NCBI RefSeq assembly: GCF_006345805.1 | Contig: NC_043002.1 | Location: forward strand, 37,634,001 to 37,698,000 | Direction of reading: 5' to 3' | DNA length: 64,000 nucleotides | From: Octopus sinensis | Taxonomy: Eukaryota | In this document: piece by piece, positions 49,851-63,241 of the stretch | How the letters are laid out: every line of letters begins with the position of its first letter | How positions within the stretch are numbered: position 1 is the first letter of the stretch | Notes under the pieces: model-generated | Told to the model about the DNA's origin: nothing | Databases searched by the model: none | Seen by the model: the letters and a program-made list of their open reading frames with translations, nothing else | Program-made: the position numbers and the translations under genes

Positions 49851-50689
49851 ATCTCTGTATATATGTGAAATAGTGAGATTAATTATTTTCGATGTTTCTT
49901 ACTATCAGAAATAATTATTAGGTTAGTTTACCTTATTCCCAAACTCATTCAGAAAGGGAGGCAACTGTGGATGTACCTGTGTTATTAGCCTTCCACCATT
50001 ATGTCTCGCTGTTTTTCTTTCAATATCAGCAAATTGAATGGTTTCACTTTTGAATATTCCAGTTGTTCGATCATCAGAACTGCCTACTCATTGAAACATA
50101 ATTAGCGTATTTATTCGCGTATAAGTCACACTATTCTTGATTTTAACTGAAAACACTGGAGTGCGGCTTGTACAAGAGGCAAAATTAAAATTATGAAGGG
50201 AAAAAATTTGTACGAAGATTTGACACTAAATGAGGGGAGCAACATGTACACGTGTAAACGCGGTAAGCGGGTGAGTATTCCACAGATATTTATACTTTTA
50301 ATGTAATACATAAATAGAAGTAATATGATATATTGTATGCTAATACTGGATTTTTGACTTACAGACACAGTATATCTGGCAGATTTCTACACAGTTTTCT
50401 GATTCCTATATGTGGGTGGACCTATGTAACAGCATATGACACAACGTGTCTCATAAAAGATGGCCAAGAGAGCGGTTTAAACGTTCGGCCCAACTTGCAT
50501 TCTGTTAGTCAATGCTACTAACTGAAAGCGAGACTGCACAAGTACACTCATTCATATATGATAAAGCTCATATACATACTCAGACATTCACACACTCAAA
50601 CAAATCTCCTGTCTAAAATAACAATTTTCCTCAGTGACTCTCTAACACCTTGTTCACAATGTGGCGTAAGGAGTTTACTTCAAACACAT

Positions 50690-51800
50690 TTATCGTCGAC
50701 ATTACTAAAGTCACATCTGCTCAAGTACTTTATTTGAATCACATCGGCACAATAAGTTGATATGATGCACATTTGCTCATTTATATAACTGATCACGTCT
50801 CGTCAACTATTTTATGTGATGTATATTTCTTTGATATATATATATGATAAGTAACTTCACATAAAGCACATCAGATGCTTAATCACTGTACTTAGATCAT
50901 GCCTGTTCAAAAATATTATTATTGCTTCGCAACTGCCCAATACTTACATAGAGTCATATCTTTTCTGGCCAGATACTTCATTGAATCCGCATTTACCAAA
51001 CTACGTTATTGGATACATCACATCAGACAATCATTTGATGCAAGTCTTTCTAGTTACTTTATCTACCACGTATTCTCTGTTACTTATTTTATACACATCT
51101 TTCAAACACTTTATTTTGTCGAATCAGGTTAAACGTTCTAATTGACATGCATCTGTCGAACAATATTAGCTTATACATATATGAAGAATTATTTTTTTTT
51201 TCAGTTTGCGTTTTGATAGACATCAACTGAAGAACGTATTTTTGACGCATATCTTATTTGATAGACAGCTTGCTAAGCGCTGTTATTTGACACAAGTTTA
51301 TATTTAATACACATGACATAAGCAAATTAAAATCACTTTTTTTTTATTCAGCTTTGTATTTCAAATATGAAAGGATACTAGAATCAACATCACTTGACTG
51401 TCGTTGAATTTAACTTATGATTGAAGAAACGTTTTCACTGATATCTCTGTAGTGATTAGTGTCGCAAATACTTGAGCCACTTTTATATTTCCAGAAATAC
51501 GTATAGAGACGTTTGCTAATGCTATCTCGCAATGTCAGATGTCCATATCGTAGAGAATGAAAATTAGTTTGTGATAGATCGCGAAGATGAAATCTTCGAT
51601 AATAAAAGAATCTTGAAAACTATATTTTGATGAAATTATATTAAAACTGGAATTTATAATAATTTTGTAGATAGTGAGAACTTCAATAATTGCTTTCCCT
51701 TAGTAAAGATTGCTAGATTATTTGACACACATCTGCTTAACCGCAATGTTTAGCACACATCTGTTCAACTACTGCAGTTGATGCATATCGAGTCATTCTT
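50690..51800. repeat. Cryptic degenerate ~28-bp minisatellite
   Basis: CACATC-type anchors at 50712, 50740, 50768, 50794 and 51728, 51756, 51784 (spacing 26-28), with similar TTTGA..CACATCTG motifs between. Confidence 0.55.
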
Positions 51801-53050
51801 TTTCTTTGTTTAAATCATTTCTCAAGTATCTTAAATACTCACCACTAGTTTAACATTTTAACATGACGTATTTCTGTAAGAGTGAAACTATTCTAATATA
51901 TGTTTTTCAGTAGATATAAACAAAGAGATACGGTATTGGGCAAAATTTAAAACGCATAACTCAAATTAGTTGCTAAATCAGTAACTCTAGACTGCACACA
52001 TTATTCTGTTTGCTTTTATTTTCTGAGTTGTGCGGAATAAGATTTAGCTAAGAAATAAAGCAGTCATCATGACGTTCGTAGGTACTCCGAAACTTGTGTC
52101 AGAATGATGTTTTGATCAAAGCATACATGGCTGTATTCTACTTAATGTTACAGAAACTCGATTTAAATAGCCAATGGGTGACTGTGGCTTCTAAATAGAT
52201 CCCTTGAATACAAATTACTGAAGATGTTGACGAAGATGTATCACTTTGTATCTTTCTTTTCTTCTCTCTTCTTCTTCCCTGCATGTCCTTACAAATACAC
52301 TCACACGCCCATTTATATCTATCCGATTTTCTGTCTAACGTACCTACAGCAAATGTTTTCATTAGAAAATGTAGCATATTTCCACTCCTCACGTCCATCT
52401 AATATATTTCAATTTTTAACGGAATTGGCAAGTGCCTAGGCAAGCGACCTCTAATCTAACGTATTGGATAATGTAGTCCTCAATAGACTATTCACGAAAG
52501 AAAGACAGGATGGTAATAGCTCGAAAATCTGTGATCATAAATCTGCTCTATCAAAGCCGAGTTAATGCCAAACCAATAACAGCAAGTAAGAACACATTGG
52601 AAAATATAGTCATAGAGTCATAATATCCGAGTGAAAGATAGGACTATCTCAGATGAAATGCTTGCGATTATAAATCTTCTTCATTAGAATAGACTTGGGG
52701 TTAAATGACAACCACCACCACTACTTAACTCAGGGAATTCCAGTAATTATATTTGAATCTCGTTTCTTTATCTCTTTCTAACTTCAATTTTCCTTCTTCC
52801 GTTACTTTTATTCTTTACTATTACGCAGTCATCTGGTTTTCTCTCCACTATTGTACTAAGATAACATTTTCCAAAATATATTTTCATCTCACCGTCAGTA
52901 AGTTCATAGTAGTTAATTAACTGTGTTAGTACGTTTCCATTTCACGTATATTTATCTGAAAGGAAAAAAATTATTTAACTGCCGTTATTCTTTCGCGTAA
53001 GACTTAAATGTGTACACACACACACAAACATACAGAAATAAATAGATAGA

Positions 53051-53086
<36 letters not shown>

Positions 53087-53938
53087 CATGCATATAAATG
53101 TAGATAGATACTGAAAGACTCCGACATCGAAATCATAAATGATAGTTATTGACTGAGTATTGTTATTATTTTTGTTGCTGGTGGTAATGCTGGGTTGCAA
53201 CTGTTTAGCCCCAAGTAATCTTGAAATGGAGCAAAGTATTGATCAATGGCATTCCAGTTGTGACCATCCAGTATTTTTCCGAACTGTTTGAAACTGACCT
53301 TCACGTTATTCGACGACTATTTTCCTAAGACTATGAAGATGTGTTTAAAGGATTTTAGCCGCTATTACTTGCAGATACAATTACCTCGTAAAGGCTGTCT
53401 CGTTCGTTCGGTTATTGACTTGTTTTTGTGTGCAACTTAAGTAAAATTCCAACAGGGCAGCATACCGCCACAATGGCAGATCAATCTGATAAAATTGAAT
53501 CAGAACCTCAGGCATTAAATCTAATACAAGATTTTAGCAATAACAACAGTTATATCTTTAAATGATCCACAGTTTGTTGATTGGCATGCTTGAAACTATA
53601 ATACTGTTACTAACTTGTGAGGTAGGCATCAACCTTTTGGTTGCTGCTTACTCTTTTCACTGCGATAGTTAACCCTTCACAAGCAGATAACAAGATATCT
53701 GTGAATTTAATCTTTCAGTACTTTCTCCTTTGACATAATCACCATGAAGATATGGATGTATTTCTTATCTCAGATATGTACATAGGCAAAACTTTTCATC
53801 AAACGTTTTAAGAAAGACAAATAATAATAAAAATATAGCGTAGGAAATAAAAATGAATAACTATACGAACATAACACGCAAAGACATTTGATTCAATCAC
53901 TGTTTAATTAATTTTCATTCATAATCTTCAATCTCTTG

Positions 53939-53979
<41 letters not shown>

Positions 53980-54071
53980 ATCGCTTTTATTCCATGTATT
54001 TTTTGTTCTCGGTCCAATATTCACCGTATCTTTATATATACATACATACAAACACATATACATACGTATAT

Positions 54072-54372
54072 CACGTGATCACGTGACCGACCAGGCTATC
54101 AGATGTTGTTACACATCGCTGGTCACAATGCGCTTCGCATTGTTTTAGCCTTCAAATGACGCCACTCCGCTGGCTAAGCGAGCAGGCCAAGAGAAGAAAG
54201 AGTGAGAGAAAGTTGTGGCGAAAGAGTACAGCAGGGATCGCCACCTGCCGGAGTTTCGTGGAGCTTTAGATGTTTTCGCTCAATAAACACTCACAACGCC
54301 CGGTCTGGGAATCGAAACCGTGATCCTACAACCGCGAGTCCGCTGCCCTAACCACTGGGCCGTTGCGCCTCC
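54072..54372 (-). mobile_element. tRNA-derived SINE, head H1 + tail T2, with 12-bp TSD
   Basis: Head GGAGGCGCAACGGCCCAGTGGTTAGGGC; TSD ACATACGTATAT at 54060-54071 and 54373-54384. Confidence 0.9.
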
Positions 54373-54695
54373 ACATACGTATATATGGAAGTAAAACGAG
54401 ATGATAAAATTTGGGATGCAGTTCAAAGTAGCGTAATACTTAAGTTACGCATGAAAATAAAATTAATTTTACAAGGTGACTCTATGTTAATTACTCTAAT
54501 AAGGAAAACAATAACTTGTTCTTGGGACAACCAGTCATATCGATTACTGTGAGGTCTCTAGCATATTTTGCCGACAGTATGATTAAATTGTGTTAGAATT
54601 GGTGCAAAAATGTCAGTCGTTATTCTTTTCTCCTTTTGACTTCTCTTCTTTCATCTTATTTATTTATATACTTATTTATTTCCTCTCTCTCTCTT

Positions 54696-54743
<48 letters not shown>

Positions 54744-55567
54744 CCACTCTGTTTCTTTATTCTTTGTTTGTTCTTTTTCTTTTTGTGTGTCGCTTAGATG
54801 AAGAAATTATCTACATGTAGTAACAATAGTAAACACTACTGAACCGAAAGTGATCAATTTTCACATCTGACTAAAAATTCGATCGAAATTGCTTCGCAGA
54901 CAGTGAAAACTCGTGTTGGAGCAAACGGTTACGTGCACTAGGAATTGGAACTAATGCCATTATTAGTTTGGATAGTATAATTAGTTATCGATTAGTTATT
55001 TACCGACTCGATTCTCGATAAAGCGGAAGCGGTCGCCGTTAGAATTTTCTTTTTCTGGAGCCTTATTCTTAATCGAATTCCACCGACTGCGTTGGTTCAA
55101 TCTTTGTCAAATCCTATCGCATGTAATATGTTTTGGATAATTCATTTCACAAGGAAATTATTACAACAGCTTAATGTTTCATTTTTCTATCTTACTTTGT
55201 AAAGAATAGGACACGTATTGATGTTAGGTTTCCGAAATGAAGAAGCAGAAAAGCTATCTAGTTTATTGATCATCAAATTTAATCTATGATGCTGCCTAAT
55301 CTGGAGAAAAAAAAAACAACAACAAAACAACAAAAGGCAGGAAAAGACAAACAAAAGAACGTGTATATATGTGTGTGTGTGTGTGTGCGTGTGTGTATAC
55401 ACACATATACACATATTAGTCATGGGAATGTATGTATAGCAATTTACTTGTGTTTATGCTTAACCTTTCCTGTAGTTGTATCAACATCATCAAAGTACCA
55501 CTTTCCCCTGTGTCTAAGAAGGTCTGCCAGGATTTTCGATATAAAACTTTTTCTTCGGATTCAATAC

Positions 55568-55569
<2 letters not shown>

Positions 55570-55645
<76 letters not shown>

Positions 55646-55710
55646 TAATAATAATAATAATGATAATAATAATGATAATAATAATGATAATAATAATAAT
55701 GATAATAATG
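55570..55710. repeat. (AAT)n/(GAT) tract
   Basis: Directly visible. Confidence 0.95.
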
Positions 55711-56319
55711 ACTGAAAGAAAATTAGAACTTACGCCTGTATTTAGAGCAGTCTGTCTAAAACAGGTTGAAATTTTCCATGTACTTAACCAAACTTCAACA
55801 ATTACAAAACCTCTACCTGCTGCACCATCATAGTTATTCTATTCATGATATTGGATATCCTTTCTTTCACATCTCTTTTGTTATTAGCCTACCGCTTATA
55901 AAATCCCATGTATTAGAAAACTCATATTATTCAAGATTTAATATGATGCATTCAAAAAACAATTTAAGATCTATTTTTGCAGGCACACGCGCATGCATGT
56001 ATGTATATGTATGTATATGTATGCATGTATATATCATTATTCAGTTTTATTTCACAATTTCTTACCTTTAGAGAAAGAGTCGGTGTCTAACCTAGATCCA
56101 AGATTCCTTCATTGGAATTTCAACATCAACAGGGTAATTTTTGTATGCCATTGTTCAGTTTTATTTCAAGATTTCTTGCCAATAGAGAAAGAGCCGGTTC
56201 TTTCTGTAGAGCAAATCTGTAGTATTCAGTAGATTATTTGCTCTAGCCCATTTTCCACAGAAAATCAAATCATTATGATAACACTTCCAATCAGTTAACA
56301 TCAAAGCCCATGAGAGCCA

Positions 56320-57390
56320 TTATATTAAACATTTGCAAAAAGTGACCACGCCGCGCACAAAAAATTCAGCAGAACTGTCAGATTTTCAAAGACGTCGTAT
56401 TGTTGGGCAATCCGAGGCTAGACTTAGCCATGAAAGATTGCCGAAAATCTTCAAATTCCTCTTGATATTGTTAATAGAATTATAGTGCAATTCAAAACCA
56501 GGAAAAAGAATTAACAGATTTTCGTCCCGGCTGACCTGGGCCCTCGGAAAGAAAAGCGAACACCGTTCGAAGGCTTTTGACATTGCAAAACAGCCAGAAG
56601 TTAGGCCAAGAACGTCTGTTACATATCTGCATAAGTTTGGGTATTATGGACGAGCAGCTAGAAGAAAAGCTCTCCTTCAACCAATTAATATCATGAAAAG
56701 AAAGAAATTTTGGGATAGAGTGATTTTCTCAGGTGAATCCTGTTTAGGTCTGGAGGCTTTCCAATCAAGAATTTGATTTGAAACGACTCCAACCAACTGT
56801 GAAACATGGCGGTATCTCTGTAATGGTATGGGGAGCTGTCACTAGCAATGGTCGTTCTGAGCTGATCGAACGTGTTGGAACCACAAACTCTGAAAAATAT
56901 ATCGAAATACCTAAGCAATCACTACTTCCGATGTCTTCACACGAAAAATTAGTTTTTAGCGAAAAGTTAGTTTTTATTCATGGAAGATGGGGCTCCATGC
57001 CACACAACGAAAAGGAATCAATAATGGTTAACTGAAAATAGGATCAAAAAGCTTCCTTGACCAAGAAAATCCCCTGACATGAACCCAATTGAAAATCTTT
57101 GGAGCATACTTCATATAGCTATACGATAATATCAACGGAAACCTAAATCTAAAGATGAATCGTATCGATTGTTGCGTGAAAAGCGGGCAGAAATTCCACA
57201 ATAGATAATCACAAAGCTCATCAGCTCAATGCCAAAAAAGAGTTTCTGAATTAAAAACTGCAAAGGGAATATCAACTAAATACTAAAGTATATAGTCCTA
57301 CCAATCGATTACATTTCAATTGTTCGCTTTGCGTATTAAATAAAAGATCTTGAAAATTAAAGGTGTCTATTTACTTCCTGCATGTCTATG
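56320..57390 (+). mobile_element. Tc1-family DNA transposon, defective (copy 2)
   Basis: [37 protein letters not shown] (EDGA in the shifted frame)..SPDMNPIENLWS; colinear with the reverse complement of 32925-34070. Confidence 0.9.
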
Positions 57391-57629
57391 TTAACCATCC
57401 ATAAACTGATAATATTTCGGAATAAAATTCCTCCCTCAGATATCCTAGGAATTGATGGTTAAATTACAACAGGTATATAGCCCATGTTTGTATTATAGTG
57501 CATTATTGTACCATTCGTAACATGTTATGCTTTACAAGCAATACACAATGCTTCAAGCGAACTACAATACTCTCATATACATATATTTATGTATATATTT
57601 CTATATATTTATGTATATATTAATATATA

Positions 57630-57706
<77 letters not shown>

Positions 57707-57746
57707 ACGTGTATATATATTTATATATGTATATATGTATACAATT

Positions 57747-58300
57747 CGAAGACTATGCATTTTCAATCTCAAGAGATGCCTACTAAATATCTAATCAACA
57801 AAAGAGACAGTGAACTCCTAGGAGTGCCAAGATGCAACCGAAAATGTCGATTATATCATATCTCTTTGAAACATCACACCTTCCTATGCGACACAACGTT
57901 GTCGCTAATACAATATACAATGCCACCCAGAAAAATACTGTCCTGGAATAAATATTAATAACCAACCGCCTTTTATTGTATACGTGCGCAAACATCAACG
58001 CAAGGAATGCGGATGAAACATTCCAATCAAAATATCTGTCAAGTGTAAGCATAAAAAAAGCCGGATATTGTTGTTTGGGACAGGCAAGAAACAGCATGCA
58101 CCGTCATATGATCAGTTTTCCTGCTGATGTGAATATCTCTGAAAGTCAAAGAGAAAAAAGATAATATGGACAACTGCCTCGAAACGCCAGCTTCTATATC
58201 CGGTTTACAAACTTACATTTATATCAATAATTGGAGCACTTGGCTTTGTCAGTAAATATTAACTGTCAGCGTGGATAAGTTTTGATTTTTCTGAAAAATA
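57747..58300 (+). mobile_element. Decayed RLE-type (R4/Dong-like) LINE fragment
   Basis: Across frameshifts: [66 protein letters not shown]. Confidence 0.75.
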
Positions 58301-58699
58301 CATCTGCCAACTAATTCGCACATTACATACGCAATCTGCATGTGAAACAGTAAAAGACTTTGCTCGAGTTTCAAATGTGACTTTTTTCTTTATTTTTTGT
58401 TATTTACATACTAGCGCTGGAGCTTTGTATCTTCCTCAGAGAGGAATTTAAATAATCAGATACAGAAGAGAATGTACATACATAATACATAGATACATAC
58501 ATACATACATACATACATACATACATACATACATACATACATACATACATACATACATACGTATAATGCATAGAGATCTTCGGAACATGAACTACATGAA
58601 TCCTGCCAATCCTCTTTTCTCAGGACAGTTGGTTCAATTCTTTTTCGAGACATTGGCTCCCTCCGACTTTCAGTTTTCCCCGGTACCCCACGGAGGCAG

Positions 58700-59010
58700 G
58701 TTGGCTAAACCTGTTTAATAGTCGATAAATATTGAAGAATAGGTGAAATATTCTAAGCGCTGGTTACCCAGACGCATTTGAAAATTTGATTTCCAACAAA
58801 TTACAAGAAAACCAAACCACCAACGGTCGAGTTTCAACAGGCAGAAATCTATATCACATGGGAATTCGCACAGCCTAATTTTGGAAGTTACACAGGCAGC
58901 GTTGAACATCAGACTGCTTCACTTTTTACCTACATTCGCTTCAGTCACAAAATCGGGATGGGAGTGTGCCTCGTCCATCGTCCAGTACAGCACTCTCTCA
59001 TTATAATCCA
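58700..59010 (+). pseudogene. Possible old Penelope-like fragment
   Basis: ILSAGYPDAF resembles the LxxNGYPxxF motif after Penelope RT; the rest is highly decayed. Confidence 0.25.
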
Positions 59011-59413
59011 AGTACAGCATAAGAGAAAATTCAAATATTCTTGAAAATACAATAGCAAGTGATATTTTATTACAGTTGTCAGGTTATCAAGCGTATCTGT
59101 GAAATATTAATTCCACGGCTTCCGTAATTTTGTCGTACGTGAGAGCTCACTGAAAGTGTAGCTATATGGAGAAGTGTTTGCGATTCGTCATTCATCTATA
59201 TGGCTGTGTCCTCTCTTATCATGCTATTTAAGATGTGTATGATTATCTAACAAACATATATCTATGTGTACACTATATATTTGTGTTTGTGAGCGCGTGC
59301 CTATGTGCACGCGAGTATGTATATATTTACATATATGCGTGTGTATGTTTACATAATTATACATACTTATTCGCATATGTGTACGTGTATATAAATTTAT
59401 ATATGCACATATA

Positions 59414-59520
59414 TATTTGCTGTAGCCCATTTTTTATACTAAGGCAAATCAATATGATAACACTTCCAATCAGTTAAGATCAAAGGCCATGAGAGCCATT
59501 GCCTGATACTGCATCAGGAA
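59414..59520 (-). mobile_element. 5' fragment of the ~520-bp AAT-associated element
   Basis: TATTTGCTGTAGCCCAT..GATAACACTTCCAATCAGTTAAGATC..GCCTGATACTGCATCAGG, directly followed by (ATT)n. Confidence 0.75.
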
Positions 59521-59583
<63 letters not shown>

Positions 59584-59589
59584 CATTAA

Positions 59590-60560
59590 TTTATTTTTCA
59601 GAGTTCTTTCGTTTTACATTATGTGACCTCTTCAACGACTTTCTGTCCCTCGCGTATCCTCATTTATTGCTGCTATGATGTCTGAGGCAGTGAAGGTAAT
59701 GTCCGAGATTTTATGCTGGGAATCAACTTCTTACGCCTCCCTTACGTTAATATCACTGGACTCACTAAAGACAGAGCAGTATTGTTTCTGCAGTATTTCT
59801 GCCTTTTCTTTAATATCATGTTGGGGGAATGCCGTTATCGTCGATCAATTGACCAGTCACCGAGATAGCGGTTCTATGCTTTTTGCATATGAATAGAGCA
59901 CTTTGGGGGTTCTGTTTGATGTTTCTGATTGCCCACTGTCCCTCTGCAGCTCTTTGATTTTCAACGTAGGTTTTCATGTCGGTCTGCAGATGAAGTTTTT
60001 CTAGCTCCAGCCTTTTCATTGTTGTTGAATGTGGATGTTGGTTAATTTTTTATTAAGTTTTTTTTTGCGTCTGATGAGTGTTTTTTCTTTTCAGGGAGCC
60101 GGATTCTATTTGTGTTTGTGGATTTCGTAGGAGCGTGTTTTCAGCATGTATAGGTGACAATGTTGTCAAAATGCTGCCATGCGGTCCAATGTAAGTGGAA
60201 CTGAGAGTGATTACTCCCTTTCTGATTGCTCCCCAGTCTGCTTTGTGGAAGTTTATGTTGTCAAATAAGCGCAATAGAGTGGGATTAACTGGCTTGGTTT
60301 TAATGTGCCGGAAATTAAAGTTGCAAATTATCTTGTCGTAGTCTGAGTTTTTTTCAACTGAAATACTATGAACAGAGCTAGAGTGGTTGGTTAATATTAG
60401 ATCCAAGATCGTTTTATTTTGTCTTGTTGGTTCGAGCACTAGCTGTGTCAGGAAAAATTTATCCATTAGATTAAAGAGTAATTCTGCTGTTGCTTTGTCT
60501 GGTGTAGAGCATTTGCCTAACTTCAGAGTATTTGTGCGCCAGTTTGCACATATGTATAAA
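59590..60560 (-). mobile_element. CR1/L2-like LINE ORF2 fragment (APE C-terminus and linker)
   Basis: FLTQLVLEPTRQNKTILDLILTN..SDYD..FHKADW, then AIRNIKQNPQ..GQLIDDNG. Confidence 0.85.
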
Positions 60561-60630
60561 TTTTTAAATCCTTAAAAATGTTTCAGCCCGCAGGCTGCGG
60601 CCATGCTGGGGCACCACCGTTGTATATATA

Positions 60631-60696
<66 letters not shown>

Positions 60697-60969
60697 TATA
60701 CATACACACACACGCACACACATATATACGTACTGATATCTAAATCTCATGATATACCAAAACGTATGAAATAGAAATTACATCAAAATAATTAAAGAAA
60801 ATTGATAAACGTACGAAACTGCCCTTTCATTTGACTTATTGCTTTTGTGACATCTGTGTAAAACCCTCATTGCCAAGGTTAGTCATCAAACCATTATCTT
60901 ACAGAAGTGTTATAAAATTGATCCTGGAACTCTGTGAGTTTGGTACTCACTGCTCACGTATATATTACA

Positions 60970-61482
60970 CTAGCAGTATCGCCCGGCGTTGCTCGGGTTT
61001 GTAAGGGAAATAACTATATAAGCATTTTTAGAGAGTTACTTCCCTTATAGATGCCAATTCGGGCTTTCTTAGCCATTTCTGTTTTGGTGTCTTCAGGCCA
61101 TGAAGTCGTTGTTCTAAAAGAACGCTGGTCTCCTTGACAACGCTTTACGACGTTGATTTCCTTACACTCCCTTCCCCACAGCTTCACGAGGGAGGGAAGA
61201 AGGAGGAGAAGCAAACAGGTGCAGATGTGACTATGGACGCCAACTCCGCCGCCATCGACACACGAAAAAGTATGCATTAAAATGGAATAAAAAATTATGT
61301 TAAATTATTTAAAAAATCGTAGACTCATCGTAGACGCGCGCTAATACTCAGACAGGCTCGATATGAATCACGACTATAAGATACCCGAATTTGGTTAAAC
61401 TGCACCGCAAAATGTGGGAGTAGTTAGGAATCTAAATCGAAGGGGACAGACACTCACACAACTACAGTTTTATATATAGAGA
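60970..61482 (-). mobile_element. Complete 513-bp non-autonomous Helitron
   Basis: Minus strand starts A|TCTCTATATATAAAA and ends with hairpin CCCG-AGCAACGC-CGGG, 8 nt, CTAG|T: canonical TC...CTAG termini in an AT target. Confidence 0.85.
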
Positions 61483-61641
61483 TATGAATCGGACTAACAT
61501 TTAATAATGCTATAGGAAATTGCTTACAGGAGCACGTATACATACACATACACTTATGACGTATCTATAACCCCAACATAGATATGTATGTATGTTTGTG
61601 TGTATGTATGAGTGTATGTCTATGTATGTATATATATGTAT

Positions 61642-61674
<33 letters not shown>

Positions 61675-61675
<1 letters not shown>

Positions 61676-61790
61676 CACGTGATCACGTGACCGACCAGAC
61701 CATCAGATGTTGCTACACATCGCTGGTCACAATGCGCTTCGCATTGTTTTAGCCTTCGAATGACGCCACCCCGCTGGCTAAGCGAGCAGG

Positions 61791-61794
<4 letters not shown>
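61675..61794 (-). mobile_element. Solo SINE tail module T2
   Basis: Highly similar to 54071-54190 and ends exactly where the H1 head joins in that copy (GCGAGCAGGCCAA|). Confidence 0.85.
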
Positions 61795-61838
<44 letters not shown>

Positions 61839-61949
61839 TTATTTGTTCTGTATGACGATTCAAAGCGTTGTCTGCGATTGCTTTTTCTGGAGTTCAAAGG
61901 TCTAAGAATCTGTCTAATAATACAGTAGTATTGCATGACAGTCAAACAG

Positions 61950-62012
61950 AAGCTGCTGCTACTACTACTGCTGCTACTACTACTGCAACTACTGCTACTG
62001 CTGCTGCTGCTG

Positions 62013-62054
<42 letters not shown>

Positions 62055-62190
62055 GTACTGCTGCTGCTGCTGCTCCGCTGCTGTTATTACTACTATTACT
62101 AAAACTACTACTATCACCATCACCGCTACTGCCGCTGCTGCCTCAGTTGATGATGACGATGATGATGATGGTAATAATAATGATGATGAT
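61950..62190. repeat. Compound (GCT)n/(ACT)n/(GAT)n tract
   Basis: Directly visible. Confidence 0.9.
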
Positions 62191-62576
62191 AATGATGAAA
62201 TTAGTAAATAAAAACAGAGACAACGACGAAACGTAAACAAATACGCAAAGATTAAATATTTCCTTTTAACAAAATATCTGTAGTTCACTTGAAAATTCCT
62301 GTAGTAGAAAGAAAATAAAATGCTAACTAGAGTGAAATCCACGTAACCATGGTAACAAGATTTCTAGAAAGTCAATCATTGCGTTGTTGGTATTCAGCGA
62401 GTTGATGATGAATCGCTCGCATTATTTCTAAAAAGATGATTTCTATATGAAGCCGCAAGAGAAATATACTTTCGATTCGAATAGAAAAGTCCAGAATAGT
62501 GAGAATTATAACTATTACCAGGAACAGCAGTACCACCAATACTTTAAAAATAACAACCGTAAATAATAATAATAAC

Positions 62577-62622
<46 letters not shown>

Positions 62623-63010
62623 TTACAGACGTTAAAACCAAATAGTATGAAGAGGAATTATAGCAATAACATTGGCTGTGTTACTAAAAGCAATGGTAAT
62701 AGACATTAGTATGGTCTGATAGTATAAAACTAAAATATATTAACGGTAACAACTACATTAACAGGAAATTGTGTCTCAATAAATGAATAAAAAAATGCTT
62801 TTTTTTCTTTACTTTTCCCTTTTCTATTTGTTTTGCAGGCATCATGGAAAAAAAGTGGAATTAATATAAAGCATTATAAAAGCAAGCAAAGAACGGGGTC
62901 TAATATGTATGTATGTATTATGTACGTATGTAAATTTGAATTCACGTAGTTATGTATGTACGTATGCTGGTACATATGTACGTATGTGCGTACAGACGTA
63001 CGTACTTATA

Positions 63011-63241
63011 TATTTCTTTATTGCCCACAAGGGGCTAAATATAGAGGGGACAAACAAGGACAGACAAACGGATTAAGTCGATTATATCGACCCCAGTGCG
63101 TAACTGGTGCTTGATTTATCGACCCCGAAAGGATGAAAGGCAAAGTCGACCTCGGCGGAATTTGAACTCAGAACGTAACGGCAGACGAAATACGGCTACG
63201 CATTTCGCCCGGCGTGCTAACGTTTCTGCCAGCCCACCGCC
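63011..63241 (-). mobile_element. Young full-length SINE of the 6057 family
   Basis: Near-identical reverse complement of 6057-6287; flanked by ACGTACGTAC(T/C)TATA on both sides (possible TSD). Confidence 0.9.

Noticed and set aside
50105-50270. Possible pogo/Tc1-type MITE (CGTATTTATTCGCGTATAAG...GTAAACGCGGTA)
   Set aside because: Terminal similarity is too weak to define TIRs or a TSD.
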